Source of the DNA: Octopus vulgaris
Lineage: Eukaryota
DNA: 64,000 nucleotides
Assembly (NCBI GenBank): GCA_951406725.2
Contig: OX597827.1
Span: forward strand, 2,976,001 to 3,040,000
Direction: 5' to 3'
Positions within the stretch are counted from its first letter, which is position 1; every line of letters begins with the position of its first letter. Below, one piece after another: positions 12,939 through 23,487 of this stretch. The position numbers and the translations under genes were made by a program. The notes beneath the pieces were generated by a model. That model ran no database searches, was not told the origin of the DNA, and saw only the letters and a program-made list of their open reading frames with translations.

Positions 12939-13511
12939 ACACAGACAAGTACACATGTAGCTGTGCATGTATACTAATGCAGGTGAGAATACTTGAATCA
13001 ATTATGAAGATGCTGCACATGTCAGTTGCCAAACCATGGGTTTGATTCCCAGACCGAGCAGTGCCTTGTGTTCTTGAGTAAAGCATTTCATCTCACATTG
13101 CTCTGTGATCTCTTTGGCATCTGACATGTGGCATACTGTACATCGTACATCTGTGCTGGGGATGTCAGTTTGATGAGGGAGTAAGCTAATGTACAGCACT
13201 CATACCAGGTCATTATGAATAAATCATCTTTGCCGGTTGTTTAACAAGAAATTATGGGAGCCTTATCTATTGCTCATGAATGGAGAATCACTGACTATTA
13301 TACTGGAATATATATAGAGTCATAAATGACAGAGAAATAGCTTTATGACTTTATACACTCCTTATTTTTTACCCTCGTAAAATACTATATATATTCTATG
13401 TTTTGTAGAATGATACATTTAGGACCTTTTTTATGAGTACTACCGAATTACTTGAATCCATATATTGTGACACACACACATATATATATATATATAATTA
13501 TGAATATAATT

Positions 13512-13637
13512 ATAATTTGGGCTCATCAAAAAATTTGCTTCACCACATACCGTACTTTAGAAATAGCAGCCCAAAAACTTAGCTATTTCTAAAGTTCGGT
13601 GTGTGGTTAAGCAAATTTTTTGCTGAACCCTAATTAT
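13512..13637. repeat. Inverted repeat (~56-bp arms, 14-nt loop) between (TA)n runs
   Basis: CAAAAAATTTGCTTCACCACATACCGTACTTTAGAAATAGC versus GCTATTTCTAAAGTTCGGTGTGTGGTTAAGCAAATTTTTTG. Confidence 0.85.
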
Positions 13638-13757
13638 ATTCATTATTATAAAAATATATTGCTTAAGTTTACCAAAAATGGTCCTCTTAACATGCTGAAT
13701 GCTGCTTGGTGAAATTATTAATTACTAATTAATTAATTTTACCCTTTATTATTATTG

Positions 13758-13797
<40 letters not shown>

Positions 13798-13866
13798 CAA
13801 TTGTTATAATGATAGAAAATATGGAGTATGATACATCCTCAGAATTTATTTCCTTTTATTCTACTA

Positions 13867-14033
13867 TGCCATACAGCTTATTTTTATGGTTACAATGACC
13901 AATACATATTTCCACTGCATAGAGTATTCCTAGCTGCATATGCAGCTGGGTATAATCTTCTGTGCAGCTTCATTCAGGGATGCAATGGAAACTTGTGAAG
14001 GTTACCATAATCATAAAAATGTATTGTATGACA
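13867..14033. repeat. Imperfect foldback element centred on AGCTGCATATGCAGCT
   Basis: CATACAG..ATTTTTATGGTTA..TTTCCACTGCAT versus ATGCAATGGAAA..TAATCATAAAAAT..TTGTATG. Confidence 0.6.
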
Positions 14034-14338
14034 TCTTATATATAAATGGCAATTTCTGTCTGTCTGTTACCATCTTAATGCCTAAACCCGTGAGCCAATA
14101 TTCATGAAACTTTGCATACATGTCACATTAACATCCAGTCCAATAACAGGCTAATTGGATTTCAATAAAGATCTTTAATGTGCCTCCAGGGGCATTGGGC
14201 AATTTATGATAAAATGAGAAGGTTTCAACAAGTATTAGTTAGAGGTATTAGCAGTGTGAGGGTAACTTGTATCTTTGAAAGTGAGAACAGTGGTGATAAA
14301 TTTTAGATGCCATTTTAAAACTTTTATTTATACATGTA

Positions 14339-14393
<55 letters not shown>

Positions 14394-14792
14394 AAAGTAA
14401 ATCCAGAGGGTGGAACGACTTGGATAAAAAAAGTCCATGACAAAGATGATGATATATATATATATATATATTACACTTCTATACTATTATATGTATATAT
14501 ATATATAGCTATGTAGATGGATATGTAAATGTATAATATAACATTTATATGTGCATGTGTGTGGCAGTATGCATGCATACCATATATATATATATACACA
14601 TATATATATATATGTTGTGTGTGTATGTGTGAGGGTGAGAGAGAGAGAAACACACATAGATATGGGGTATATTTTCAATTAAGCTTATATTTTACACTCT
14701 CAGCTTCAACTTAATCTCTTCAGTACTGTTCATTTGAACTTACATCAAAGTATAAATATTAAATTAAGAAGAAGGAATTAAGAAGTTAATAT

Positions 14793-14833
<41 letters not shown>

Positions 14834-15131
14834 GTTAAATCTAATAATATGAAACATTCAAAATTGATGTCTAAATTACTTGAGTTTTGACACAGTTCTT
14901 CTGAGAATATTAAAATGCAAGAAGGGACACATCTAAAATTTGTGGATGCATGTATGTATGTATGTATGTGTGTGTGTGTGTGTGTGTATATATATACACA
15001 CACACATACATGATTTTACATATATATATATATTATACTTGCATATGTTAATAATTGGCAGAAGCAACAGAGTGTCTCAAGGGCTGAGAGTTTCATACAT
15101 TAGCATTCTGTTGCTCCTGATAAATATTTAC

Positions 15132-15168
<37 letters not shown>

Positions 15169-15780
15169 GTGTGTGTGTGTGTAAAGTGGTTGGCTTTTGG
15201 AAGGGTATCTAGCTGTAAAAAGGCCATTCCAAAACTGATCTCATCTGTGCAGGTGCCATGAAAAAAGCACTCAGTCCACTCTGCAGGGTGGTTGGTGTTC
15301 AGAAGGGCATCCAGCCGTATAAACCATGTCAAAATAGACACTGAAGCCTGTAGCAGTCTTCTACCTGGCCAAACTGCCCAACCCATGCCAGCATGGAAAG
15401 TGGATGTTAAATGATGATGATGATGATATATATAAGTATATATATATATATAAATATTGTGTACATTAGAGCATATTAAGAAGCTTCCAAATAGGTAAAT
15501 TAGATGGTAAACGTTTTTAATTTTCAATCCTTTCGAGAATTTATCCATAATTAGTGGTTTGAGTTTTCTACTGCTCTTTCTAGCACAAGGCTTTCCTATT
15601 TGGAAGCCTCTTAATGTACACGATATTTTTATGTGAATAATATATAGTCTATTGACTATTTTTTTTTGTGCTAGGCCACTGGTAATAATAATTTCTATAA
15701 TTCTTATTACCCTAAACTGGCAAAATGACCATTACGAAATATAACAATATATATATATATATATATATACATATATATAT

Positions 15781-15839
<59 letters not shown>

Positions 15840-16126
15840 TATTCCAGTTCGACATGTGTTTCCGCCCAATAAGTGTCCTAGAGTCCCTTGATGTAAAAGT
15901 TATGCGCATTTAGTTGATTTAAATTTAAATCAATTTGCAGTACAATGCTCCACCTCCCTAAAATTCATAACCTACCAAAGACTATAATAAAACCAATAAT
16001 ATCAGATGAAAGGCAAGCAACCTGGAGTTAATAAACAGAGTCTACTAAAAAAAGTTTAATGTTCAACTGGTTTTATTGGTAACCTGACATAAAAAATATA
16101 CATATGTAACTTGACAAAATTTTTTT

Positions 16127-16614
16127 TTCTTTTTACTTGTTTCAGTTATCAGACAGGGGCCATACTGGAGCACTGCTTTGAACAATTTTTGTAGTCAAAT
16201 GATTCGACCCCAGTACTTGAGTTTTTTTTTTTCCCCGACTTTTTATGTTAAGCCTGGTACTTATTCCATTGGTCTCTTTTGACGAACTGCTAAGTTATGG
16301 GGATGTAAATACACCAACGCCAGTTGTCAAGCGGTGGTGGGGGACAAATACAGACACAGAGACATGCACGTCATCATCGTCATCGTTTAATGTCTGTTGT
16401 TCATAGTGGCATGGGTTGCACAGGTATGTGTGTGTGTGTGTGTGTGTGTGTGTACATATATACGGAAGGTGTTTTTCAGTTTCCACCTACCAAATCCACT
16501 CACAAGACTTTGGTCAGCCCAAGGTTATAGTAGAAGACACTTGCCCAAGGTACCATGCAGTTGGACTGAACCCCAAACCATGTGGTTGGGAAGCGAACTT
16601 CTTACCACACAGCC
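16127..16614 (-). mobile_element. SINE family B
   Basis: Same head, core and tail motifs in reverse. Confidence 0.8.
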
Positions 16615-17092
16615 ATTTTTATACATTATTTAAAATAAATATTTATATGAAATGATAATTATTCATATATAATTTTTTCCATTAGTTTCAATTAATGGAC
16701 AATAAGCTATGCAGTAATGGTCATCAAGTGTTTTAAATTCATTATGACAAACCTAACACTGACACATCACAAGTTGGTGTAAAGGGATGTAACCAGGGCA
16801 TAAGGGGAAATAACCAGCACTTTACTGATTCTACCATCACCCGTTTGATACACACACGCACACACTTTGGAAACGCACCTGTAAATTTGGAAAATAATTT
16901 CCAGCAATGCAGCACTCAATACCCCAAAATTGTAGTTTCTACAAATTTTACTCAAATATTAATTTAATCATCAATTATGAAAATATTCTTTTATCTAACA
17001 TTTGACTAGAATTATACACACTCACTTACATATTAATTTAATCACTCAAAATTTCAAGTTTTTACTGTATGTATGGCTAATGTGCACATGCC

Positions 17093-17132
<40 letters not shown>

Positions 17133-17413
17133 TATAATCTACACAAATGAGAGGGAAAATCACTTTTAATTTTTTCACCTCTCACTTCTGGGTTATTATT
17201 ATTATTATTATTTTTATAGGTGGCATTCCGAGCAAAATGCTTTGTGGCATTTTGTCTATCTTTTATGTTCTGAGCTCAAATTCTGCCATGGTCAACTTTG
17301 CCTTTCATCCTTTCGGGGTTAATAAACTAAGTACCAGTAAAACACTGGGGGTCTATGTAATCTACTAATTCCCTCCACCAAAATTTCGGGCCTTGTGCCT
17401 ATAGTAAGAAAGG

Positions 17414-17447
<34 letters not shown>

Positions 17448-18044
17448 GAGAGACTTAGTAATTTTAATATTTCTATTATTATTATTATTATCATCATCAT
17501 CGTAATAATACACTCCACAATTGTGTTTCCTTGATGTTCAGGCATATAGCCTGCATTCCATTATTTAAAAACTGAGTTACCTGATAGAGAAATTCCCAGC
17601 TGACGTGCTAACCATTAGTTCTGTTTGATTCCCTGAATCTGTTTTTCTATAACGCACACACACACTGCTAAAATTCTTCACAATTTTATTTTTCATTAAT
17701 CCACTCTGTCTCTCTCTCTTGTGCCTTATGTGACCATACACAATCACTAACACCATCAAAGTGTTCAACAAAACGAAATATAAATGCAAACACACACACC
17801 CTCAAACATACTCACACATACACACTCATTACACATACATACTCAATGAATGGCTGATGTAAAGCTGATACAGGCTGAGCTCAAATGTGGAATCTAGGAT
17901 CCGTTTAAACAGATAATGAGTTAAATGTGACATATAATATGGAACTTATAAACAGTATATGTGGGGGCAGTTAAAGACGATTTTCAGTTGCCGACGAAAT
18001 CCTAACACAAGTTTGAATCTAGTCCAGCTGATCACTCATTTGAT

Positions 18045-18078
<34 letters not shown>

Positions 18079-18204
18079 GCACATATGGGAACACAGATAA
18101 ATGAGATTATTAATTTCCAGCAATACAGAACTCAATGCCCCACAAAAATATGGGATCAAGTAATTCTGCTCAAATATTGGATAAACCATCACTTTCATTA
18201 CAAG

Positions 18205-18555
18205 GTGTGGCTGTGTGGTTAGAAGGTTGCTTCCCAACTACACGGTTCTGGGTTCAGTCCCACCTTGGGCAAGAGTATTCTAAAATAGCTTCAGGCTGAC
18301 CAAAGCCTTGTGAGTGGATTTGGTAGATGGCGACTGAAAGAAGCCTGTCATCCCCCTGCCATCTCTTGACAACTGATGCTTGTGTGCTTATATCTCCATA
18401 CATTAGCAGTTTGGCAAAAGAAGGCAATAGAACAAGTACTAGGCTTAGAAAAGAATAAGTCCTGGGGTTGATTTCTTCAACTAAAACCCTTTAATGGGGT
18501 GCTCCAGCATGGCCACCGTCAAATGGCTGAAACAAGTAAAAGAATAAAAGTAAAG
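18205..18555 (+). mobile_element. SINE family B
   Basis: GTGTGGCTGTGTGG..GGTTCAGTCCCACCTTGGGCAAG..GAAACAAGTAAAAG. Confidence 0.8.
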
Positions 18556-18969
18556 TATTAAATGAAATTACAAAGAAAGAAAGAGAGAGAGAGAGAGTCT
18601 CAGAGACCCTTTAAACAGTCCTGATCAAAATAAATAAATAAATAAATAAATAAAACATCTAACTTTCGGAAGGATAAAACTTTATGTCGAACCCGAACAA
18701 AACTTGAACTTAGAATTTAAACTGAGAAAAGAACAATAAAATAAATCAATTAATTAATAAATCTATTGTTAAAATATCCAGTCATTAACAAAAGAACAGT
18801 AACAGCAGCGAAGACACATATTAGGCGTTCAAAAACACAGAAAAGCTATTAACTTTGCTGAAACATTTATTAACTCAGTGTGTAGCAGTGGAATTGTATC
18901 AATGTTCAGATCACAGTTCGATGCAACAACATTTGACACCAAATACTAAATGCTTCAGTGGAATTCTTT

Positions 18970-19430
18970 TGTAACAAGATGAGAGTTTCAGGAACACTTG
19001 AGGGGTGCCTGGTCTTATCTTGTCACATACAAGTCGAAGAAAAGGAACCAAAAATCCGGCTGTCTTCGATAACAATAAATACCACTTTATTCTTCGGGTT
19101 CACAGGTTAAAATATATACATATATATTTCTTAAGGGCGAACCGGCAGCCAAGTCCACAGGACTGTTTACAAATGTTTACTTGGGTGAGCCAAGAGGATA
19201 CGGTCTCCATTCCCGGGTCGAAGAGAGCTTCTCTGTGCGTAGGGTTTTCCCTGAGAGAAGTTTTAGTCACGTCCGCTCGTTAGGGCTGCTCTTTCAAAAA
19301 GGCAGATTTAGCGGAGATGCTTTCAGGTTGCAGTTCCTGCATATGCACATGAGGGAACTTCCAGCGGCCTACCGGAAGTAATCCAATTCTGCGCATGCGC
19401 GCTGAAGAGTTCCACAGTAGCATCACTACA
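18970..19430 (-). mobile_element. Solo LTR (461 bp, probably Ty3/Gypsy type)
   Basis: TGTA...TACA termini. 4-bp target duplication CTTT at 18966-18969 and 19431-19434. GC/CpG-rich relative to flanks. Minus-strand order: TF motifs, TATA-like run (~19110-19128), AATAAA (19086-19091). Confidence 0.75.
19356..19401. promoter_or_regulatory. Cluster of NRF1, CCAAT and ETS motifs inside the LTR
   Basis: TGCGCATGCGCG at 19390-19401 (NRF1 consensus), CCAAT at 19383-19387, ACCGGAAGT at 19371-19379 (ETS/GABP consensus), and an inverted ACTTCC near 19357. Confidence 0.5.
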
Positions 19431-19612
19431 CTTTTATCTTTTTTATTTTTGGTGTGTTTTCAAATGGCTAATATCTGTCTCTTCTGTGCAGTGACAGTTT
19501 GAGTTTCAACTCACAGTCTCAGCTCAAATCTCTTGCCAGGCAAGTACATCACTGAAACAAAAGTATGAACGTTTTAAAAAAATATAAATATATTAAATAA
19601 GAATGAACTTAC

Positions 19613-22012
19613 ATAAGTTACTTGAGGTGTTCCTTGTACGGCTGCCTGAGGCTGTATTTCAACAGCAGACCCTTTCCAAGTATGGCCTGCTTGAAATTCG
19701 GCACAGGGTTCCTTTTTAAGCAATGTTGCTTGGTAGACCTGGTTGTGTTCTTGTTTAGTTACCATGGTAACTGGAATATCATATTGTTCACACACATTTT
19801 CTGATTGGTTTCTTTCATCTAGAAATTTGTTATCGGCCTCTGTGGTGCTTCCATATGGCACGTTCTTTTGATTGTGCCTCTGGACAATACATATTATAAC
19901 TGAAATTGCTGTTACTATGGTGATAATGACTGCTGCCACAACAAAGAGAATCATCAAGTTGATATGTATTCTATTGTCTGTTTCCACATGAACTGTGGTT
20001 TGCATTTTGGCTGTTTTGTTGCTAACTGTTAATATTAAAGACAAGGTGGTTGTTGCAGACAGGACTGGAGTGCCGCTGTCTTTGACAACAAACAGGAGCT
20101 CGTATGAGCCAGCGTCGTTTTGGTAAACGGTACGAGAAAAAGACAGAACTCCTGTGTAGGAGTTCACTTTGAATAGTTGTTTCTCGTTTCCTCCAAGTAT
20201 TTCGTACCTGAGGAAAGCATTGACATGGCTGTCTCTGTCAGAGGCTCTCAATACTGCAACATCATTCTTGCGATGGGGTTGATAGTGGACATCTAAACTA
20301 AAAGGGTTAACACTAGGAAATGTAAAATAAGGAGCATTATCATTTTCATCCATAACCTCAACAACAACATTTGCTGTGTTGTTTAGTGATGGTGTTCCAT
20401 TGTCTTTGACGAAAACTTTGAATTTGTAAATATCTTGTTGTTCATAATCTACAGACCGTGTTGTCGAAATGAAACCAAAATCAGAAATTTCAAATGGCAG
20501 TATGTGTTGGTCACTAATTAATGAGTAACTAAGTTGACCTCCTATACCTAAATCAGGGTCAGTCGCGTTAATGAAACCAACAGGAAAGTTTGGCTCTTCA
20601 TTCTCATAAGTCAGAAACTTGAAAGTGTTTTTGGTGAAGTGAGGCTTGACATCATTCACATCTGTTACTTGGATGGAGAAATTTCTGTCCGTCCCGAGAG
20701 GAACGGACCCTTTGTCCTTGCAGCTAATTCTAAAATCAAGATGATTTTCTGTCTCTCTGTCAATCAGATTCTTTACAGTTATTTTATATTTTTTCTTTCC
20801 AAGGTTTTGAAGTTGTAACTTGTCGTGTTGAAGTTCGCAAGTGACTTCTCCATTTTCTCCAACATCATTGTCTGTGACTTTCACGTAAGCTATAAAACTA
20901 CCCACTTTAACTCCTTCGGATATAGTGAAGGCATTTTCTGTCGACTCAGAGAAAAAATTAACCTCCACACTTGGAGGATTGTTCAATTGGTTGATAACAT
21001 TTACAAGAACAATAGCAGTGGAACTAAGAGGAGGGTTACCACCGTCCATAGCTTCAATGAATAACTTATAGGTTTGCCTTTGTTCAAAGGGGAAATTATC
21101 ACGATAGAAAATTTCTCCTGTATTTTTAACTAACTCAAAGTAAGTTTTTGTTAATCCAGCCATCTTTGAACTGAAGTAATATGACACTTGACCATTTTCA
21201 TCAGAATCGAAATCTTTTGCCAAAACAGTTACAATTGATAAATTTTTTGGATGAGTATTCCTCAAAGAAACATTATATACACTTTCAGTGAAAATTGGAG
21301 GATTATCATTTTCATCTTTTACTAATATTTTAACATTTAAAACACCTTGCTTCTTAGGAAATCCTCCGTCTTTGGCAATAACTTGCAGTGTATAAGTATC
21401 TTTTGTTTCTCGGTCAAGTTTTTCAACTAAGACAATACCCAGTTTTGCCGTGCCATCTAGTTTTTCATAAACTGACAAATCAAATGGTTCATCTTTGCTT
21501 TTTTTCAATACATAAGTTATTAAAGAATTCTGAATTCCAAGATCTTTGTCTATGGCGTTTGGAATTGATAACCGTGACCCTTTCCTGTCTCTTTCTGAGA
21601 AATGGATTTCAACTTCATCCACCGTAAATTCTGGTGGGTGATCATTAACATCTTCTATAACAACTTTTATTTCCAACACTTTGATAAAGGATTCCTGGTT
21701 TTTGACAGCAACTTCAATCGTCTTGAAACAGTCTGTATTATATTTACAAAGTGATTCAGCATCAAGAACTTGTGAAGTAAAAAGTTTACCAACTTTTGAA
21801 ACTCGAAATAATTCGGATTTACTGTTCTTTGCTAATTGACTGAATGTTATCTGATCATGGTTTTCTGGAGAGACCGTATCGAAGATGTGTGTATCAGCAG
21901 CAATATTCCCCACATAGGTGTCGGAGCTTTTCCCTTCATCCACTCGGTAAATGAAATCCAAACACACACATGTGTCAATCAGTAATTGAAGTATGAGCAA
22001 TTGTAACAACAT
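19613..22012 (-). CDS. Pcdh: Protocadherin, large coding exon: signal peptide, 6 extracellular cadherin repeats, TM helix, proximal cytoplasmic tail
   Basis: 812-aa ORF (19574-22012) with hydrophobic N-terminus, EC1 C-x5-C (LCKYNTDC), cadherin motifs DVNDHPPEF, LDRE, AKDGG, DENDNPPIF, IDRE, DVNDVKPHF, ATDPD, DENDNAPYF, ASDRD, and TM LMILFVVAAVIITIVTAISVIICIV (~19883-19957). Strong acceptor (long pyrimidine tract + CAG, 22087-22085) 72 nt before the ATG. Phase-0 donors TAT|GTAAGT (19612) and CAA|GTAACT (19621). Symbol is family-level only; paralog not assignable. Confidence 0.96.
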
Positions 22013-22084
22013 GTTGCCTTGTAACTATGTTTCCAAGTTAAATTAAAAGTCATTTCAACTCAAGTCCCAGTGAAAAGATTCAAT
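22013..22084 (-). other. 5'UTR part of the large protocadherin exon
   Basis: Lies between the acceptor TTTCCTTTCCTTTTTTCAG| and the ATG; implies at least one upstream non-coding exon. Confidence 0.8.
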
Positions 22085-22467
22085 CTGAAAAAAGGAAAGG
22101 AAAAAGAAAGAGAAAATTTTAAATAATTAAACGAAAAAAAAAAAAAGACATATTTTTGTAGCTAAAATTGATAGCATCAAGAAAAATAATGTTTCTTCAT
22201 TCCTCCTTGGAGGATGTAGTTTTGAACAAAACGAGTTGATGTCACCAGGTGGTATCCAATGATCATTAGGTGTTTCAGCCTTAAACCGTAATACTCTGTT
22301 ATAGGTGGGGGTCATCAATGGTGGCCAAATCACTGCTTATCATCTCCTCCTGACTTCTGGTTTACCTCCTCTCTCTCTCCCTCTCTCTTGCTCCACATAT
22401 GGAAAGTGTCATTCAAGTGTCCTGGGCTTATAAGTGGATTTAATGGACAGAAACTGTTTAGCAGCAA

Positions 22468-22510
<43 letters not shown>

Positions 22511-22515
<5 letters not shown>

Positions 22516-22619
22516 TATTTAGCAGAAGCAACAAAGTGACTCAAGGGACGAGAGTTTCCTGTGTTGGCACAAAACTCTTGGCCCTTGAGTCACTCTGCTG
22601 CTTCTGTTAAAATATTAAT
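22511..22619. repeat. Inverted repeat (~47-bp arms) next to (TA)n
   Basis: CAGAAGCAACAAAGTGACTCAAGGGACGAGAGTTT versus AAACTCTTGGCCCTTGAGTCACTCTGCTGCTTCTG; related shorter copy at ~15057-15128. Confidence 0.85.
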
Positions 22620-22871
22620 GAAAATATACACAGACTCATATTTTAAGTTCTATTTTAACTATTTGCATCACTATATTTATCTATCTGTCTGTATATATAT
22701 ATATTTATATATATATGTTAAGATATAAGTTAGAGGTTATTCAACCATCTAAGGGATAGATGTATCTGTAGGTACTCCTGGTGTATTACCTGAGTATGTA
22801 TAGTCCTTGTTATAAGGTATACGGTTGTTGGTAATTTAAAGGTAAAACCGTGGTTTAATATATATAGAAAC

Positions 22872-23017
22872 GATAATAAATGGAGCAATAATTAACAATG
22901 AGAAGTGGATCATTGGTGTTTTAAAGTCATTGCTTAGTTAAATTAATTTAATTAAACAATGACTTTAAAACACCAATGATCCACTTCTCATTGTTAATTA
23001 TTGCTCCATTTCTTATC
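22872..23017. repeat. 146-bp near-perfect palindrome with no spacer
   Basis: 73-bp arms centred at 22944/22945; 3 mismatches counted by eye. Confidence 0.92.
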
Positions 23018-23018
23018 A

Positions 23019-23068
<50 letters not shown>

Positions 23069-23081
23069 TATATATGTATTA

Positions 23082-23487
23082 TGGCTGCCCCCTCGTTATC
23101 GAGTATGGCCATTGCACGAAGCTTAACTGTTACTAATCCTGTGATCGAATGTGACTTTTTAGCCCAGCCAAAGATCTACAATGTCTTGTACAGAATTGGC
23201 AACTAATACCTTTACTGGTAATAGCCGGCTGTAGTTGTAACTAGGCTTCATGTACCTTTGCATGTCATTTAAGTCCTCCTGCCGAATTACACTCTCTCCC
23301 ACATGCCTGACAGATATGATTAGTATGGTGTGTTACACCACCACCAGTGGCCAGGTTGTCACTCATCTGTCTCGCTTTATGACTACGAAGATGACTCATG
23401 AGTCCAGCTTTACTGAGGCAGGGTCTTGCACAGACACTGCATGTCAGCATCAAAGGAAGACCCTTCCCATCTGGAAGTGTAACAGTG
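23082..23487 (-). mobile_element. Non-LTR retrotransposon 3' fragment with two C2H2 zinc fingers
   Basis: CSVCARPCLSKAGLMSHLRSH and CQACGRECNSAGGLK*HAKVH (in-frame stop), flanked by (TA)n; typical of RTE-type ORF C-termini. Confidence 0.55.

Noticed and set aside
14033-14200. Helitron-like 5' end (TCTTATATATAAA..TCTGTCTGTCTGT)
   Set aside because: No convincing 3' hairpin plus CTAG end was found.
17581-17646. 66-nt cassette exon candidate (TAG|...AG|GTAACT, minus strand)
   Set aside because: Poor pyrimidine tract and a stop in phase 0, the phase required by the flanking Pcdh exons; could only be a poison exon.
19130-19400. Telomerase RNA, snRNA, RNase P/MRP or group I intron
   Set aside because: Short resemblances only (e.g. 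GCAGCCAAGTCC); the required conserved boxes are missing and the segment is explained as a solo LTR.
19574-19612. Hydrophobic ORF end VSSFLFNIFIFF as a second membrane segment
   Set aside because: Begins at a consensus GTAAGT donor and is AT-rich intron read-through.
19757-19772. Perfect 16-bp palindrome AGTTACCATGGTAACT in the CDS
   Set aside because: About one such palindrome is expected by chance in a window of this size.
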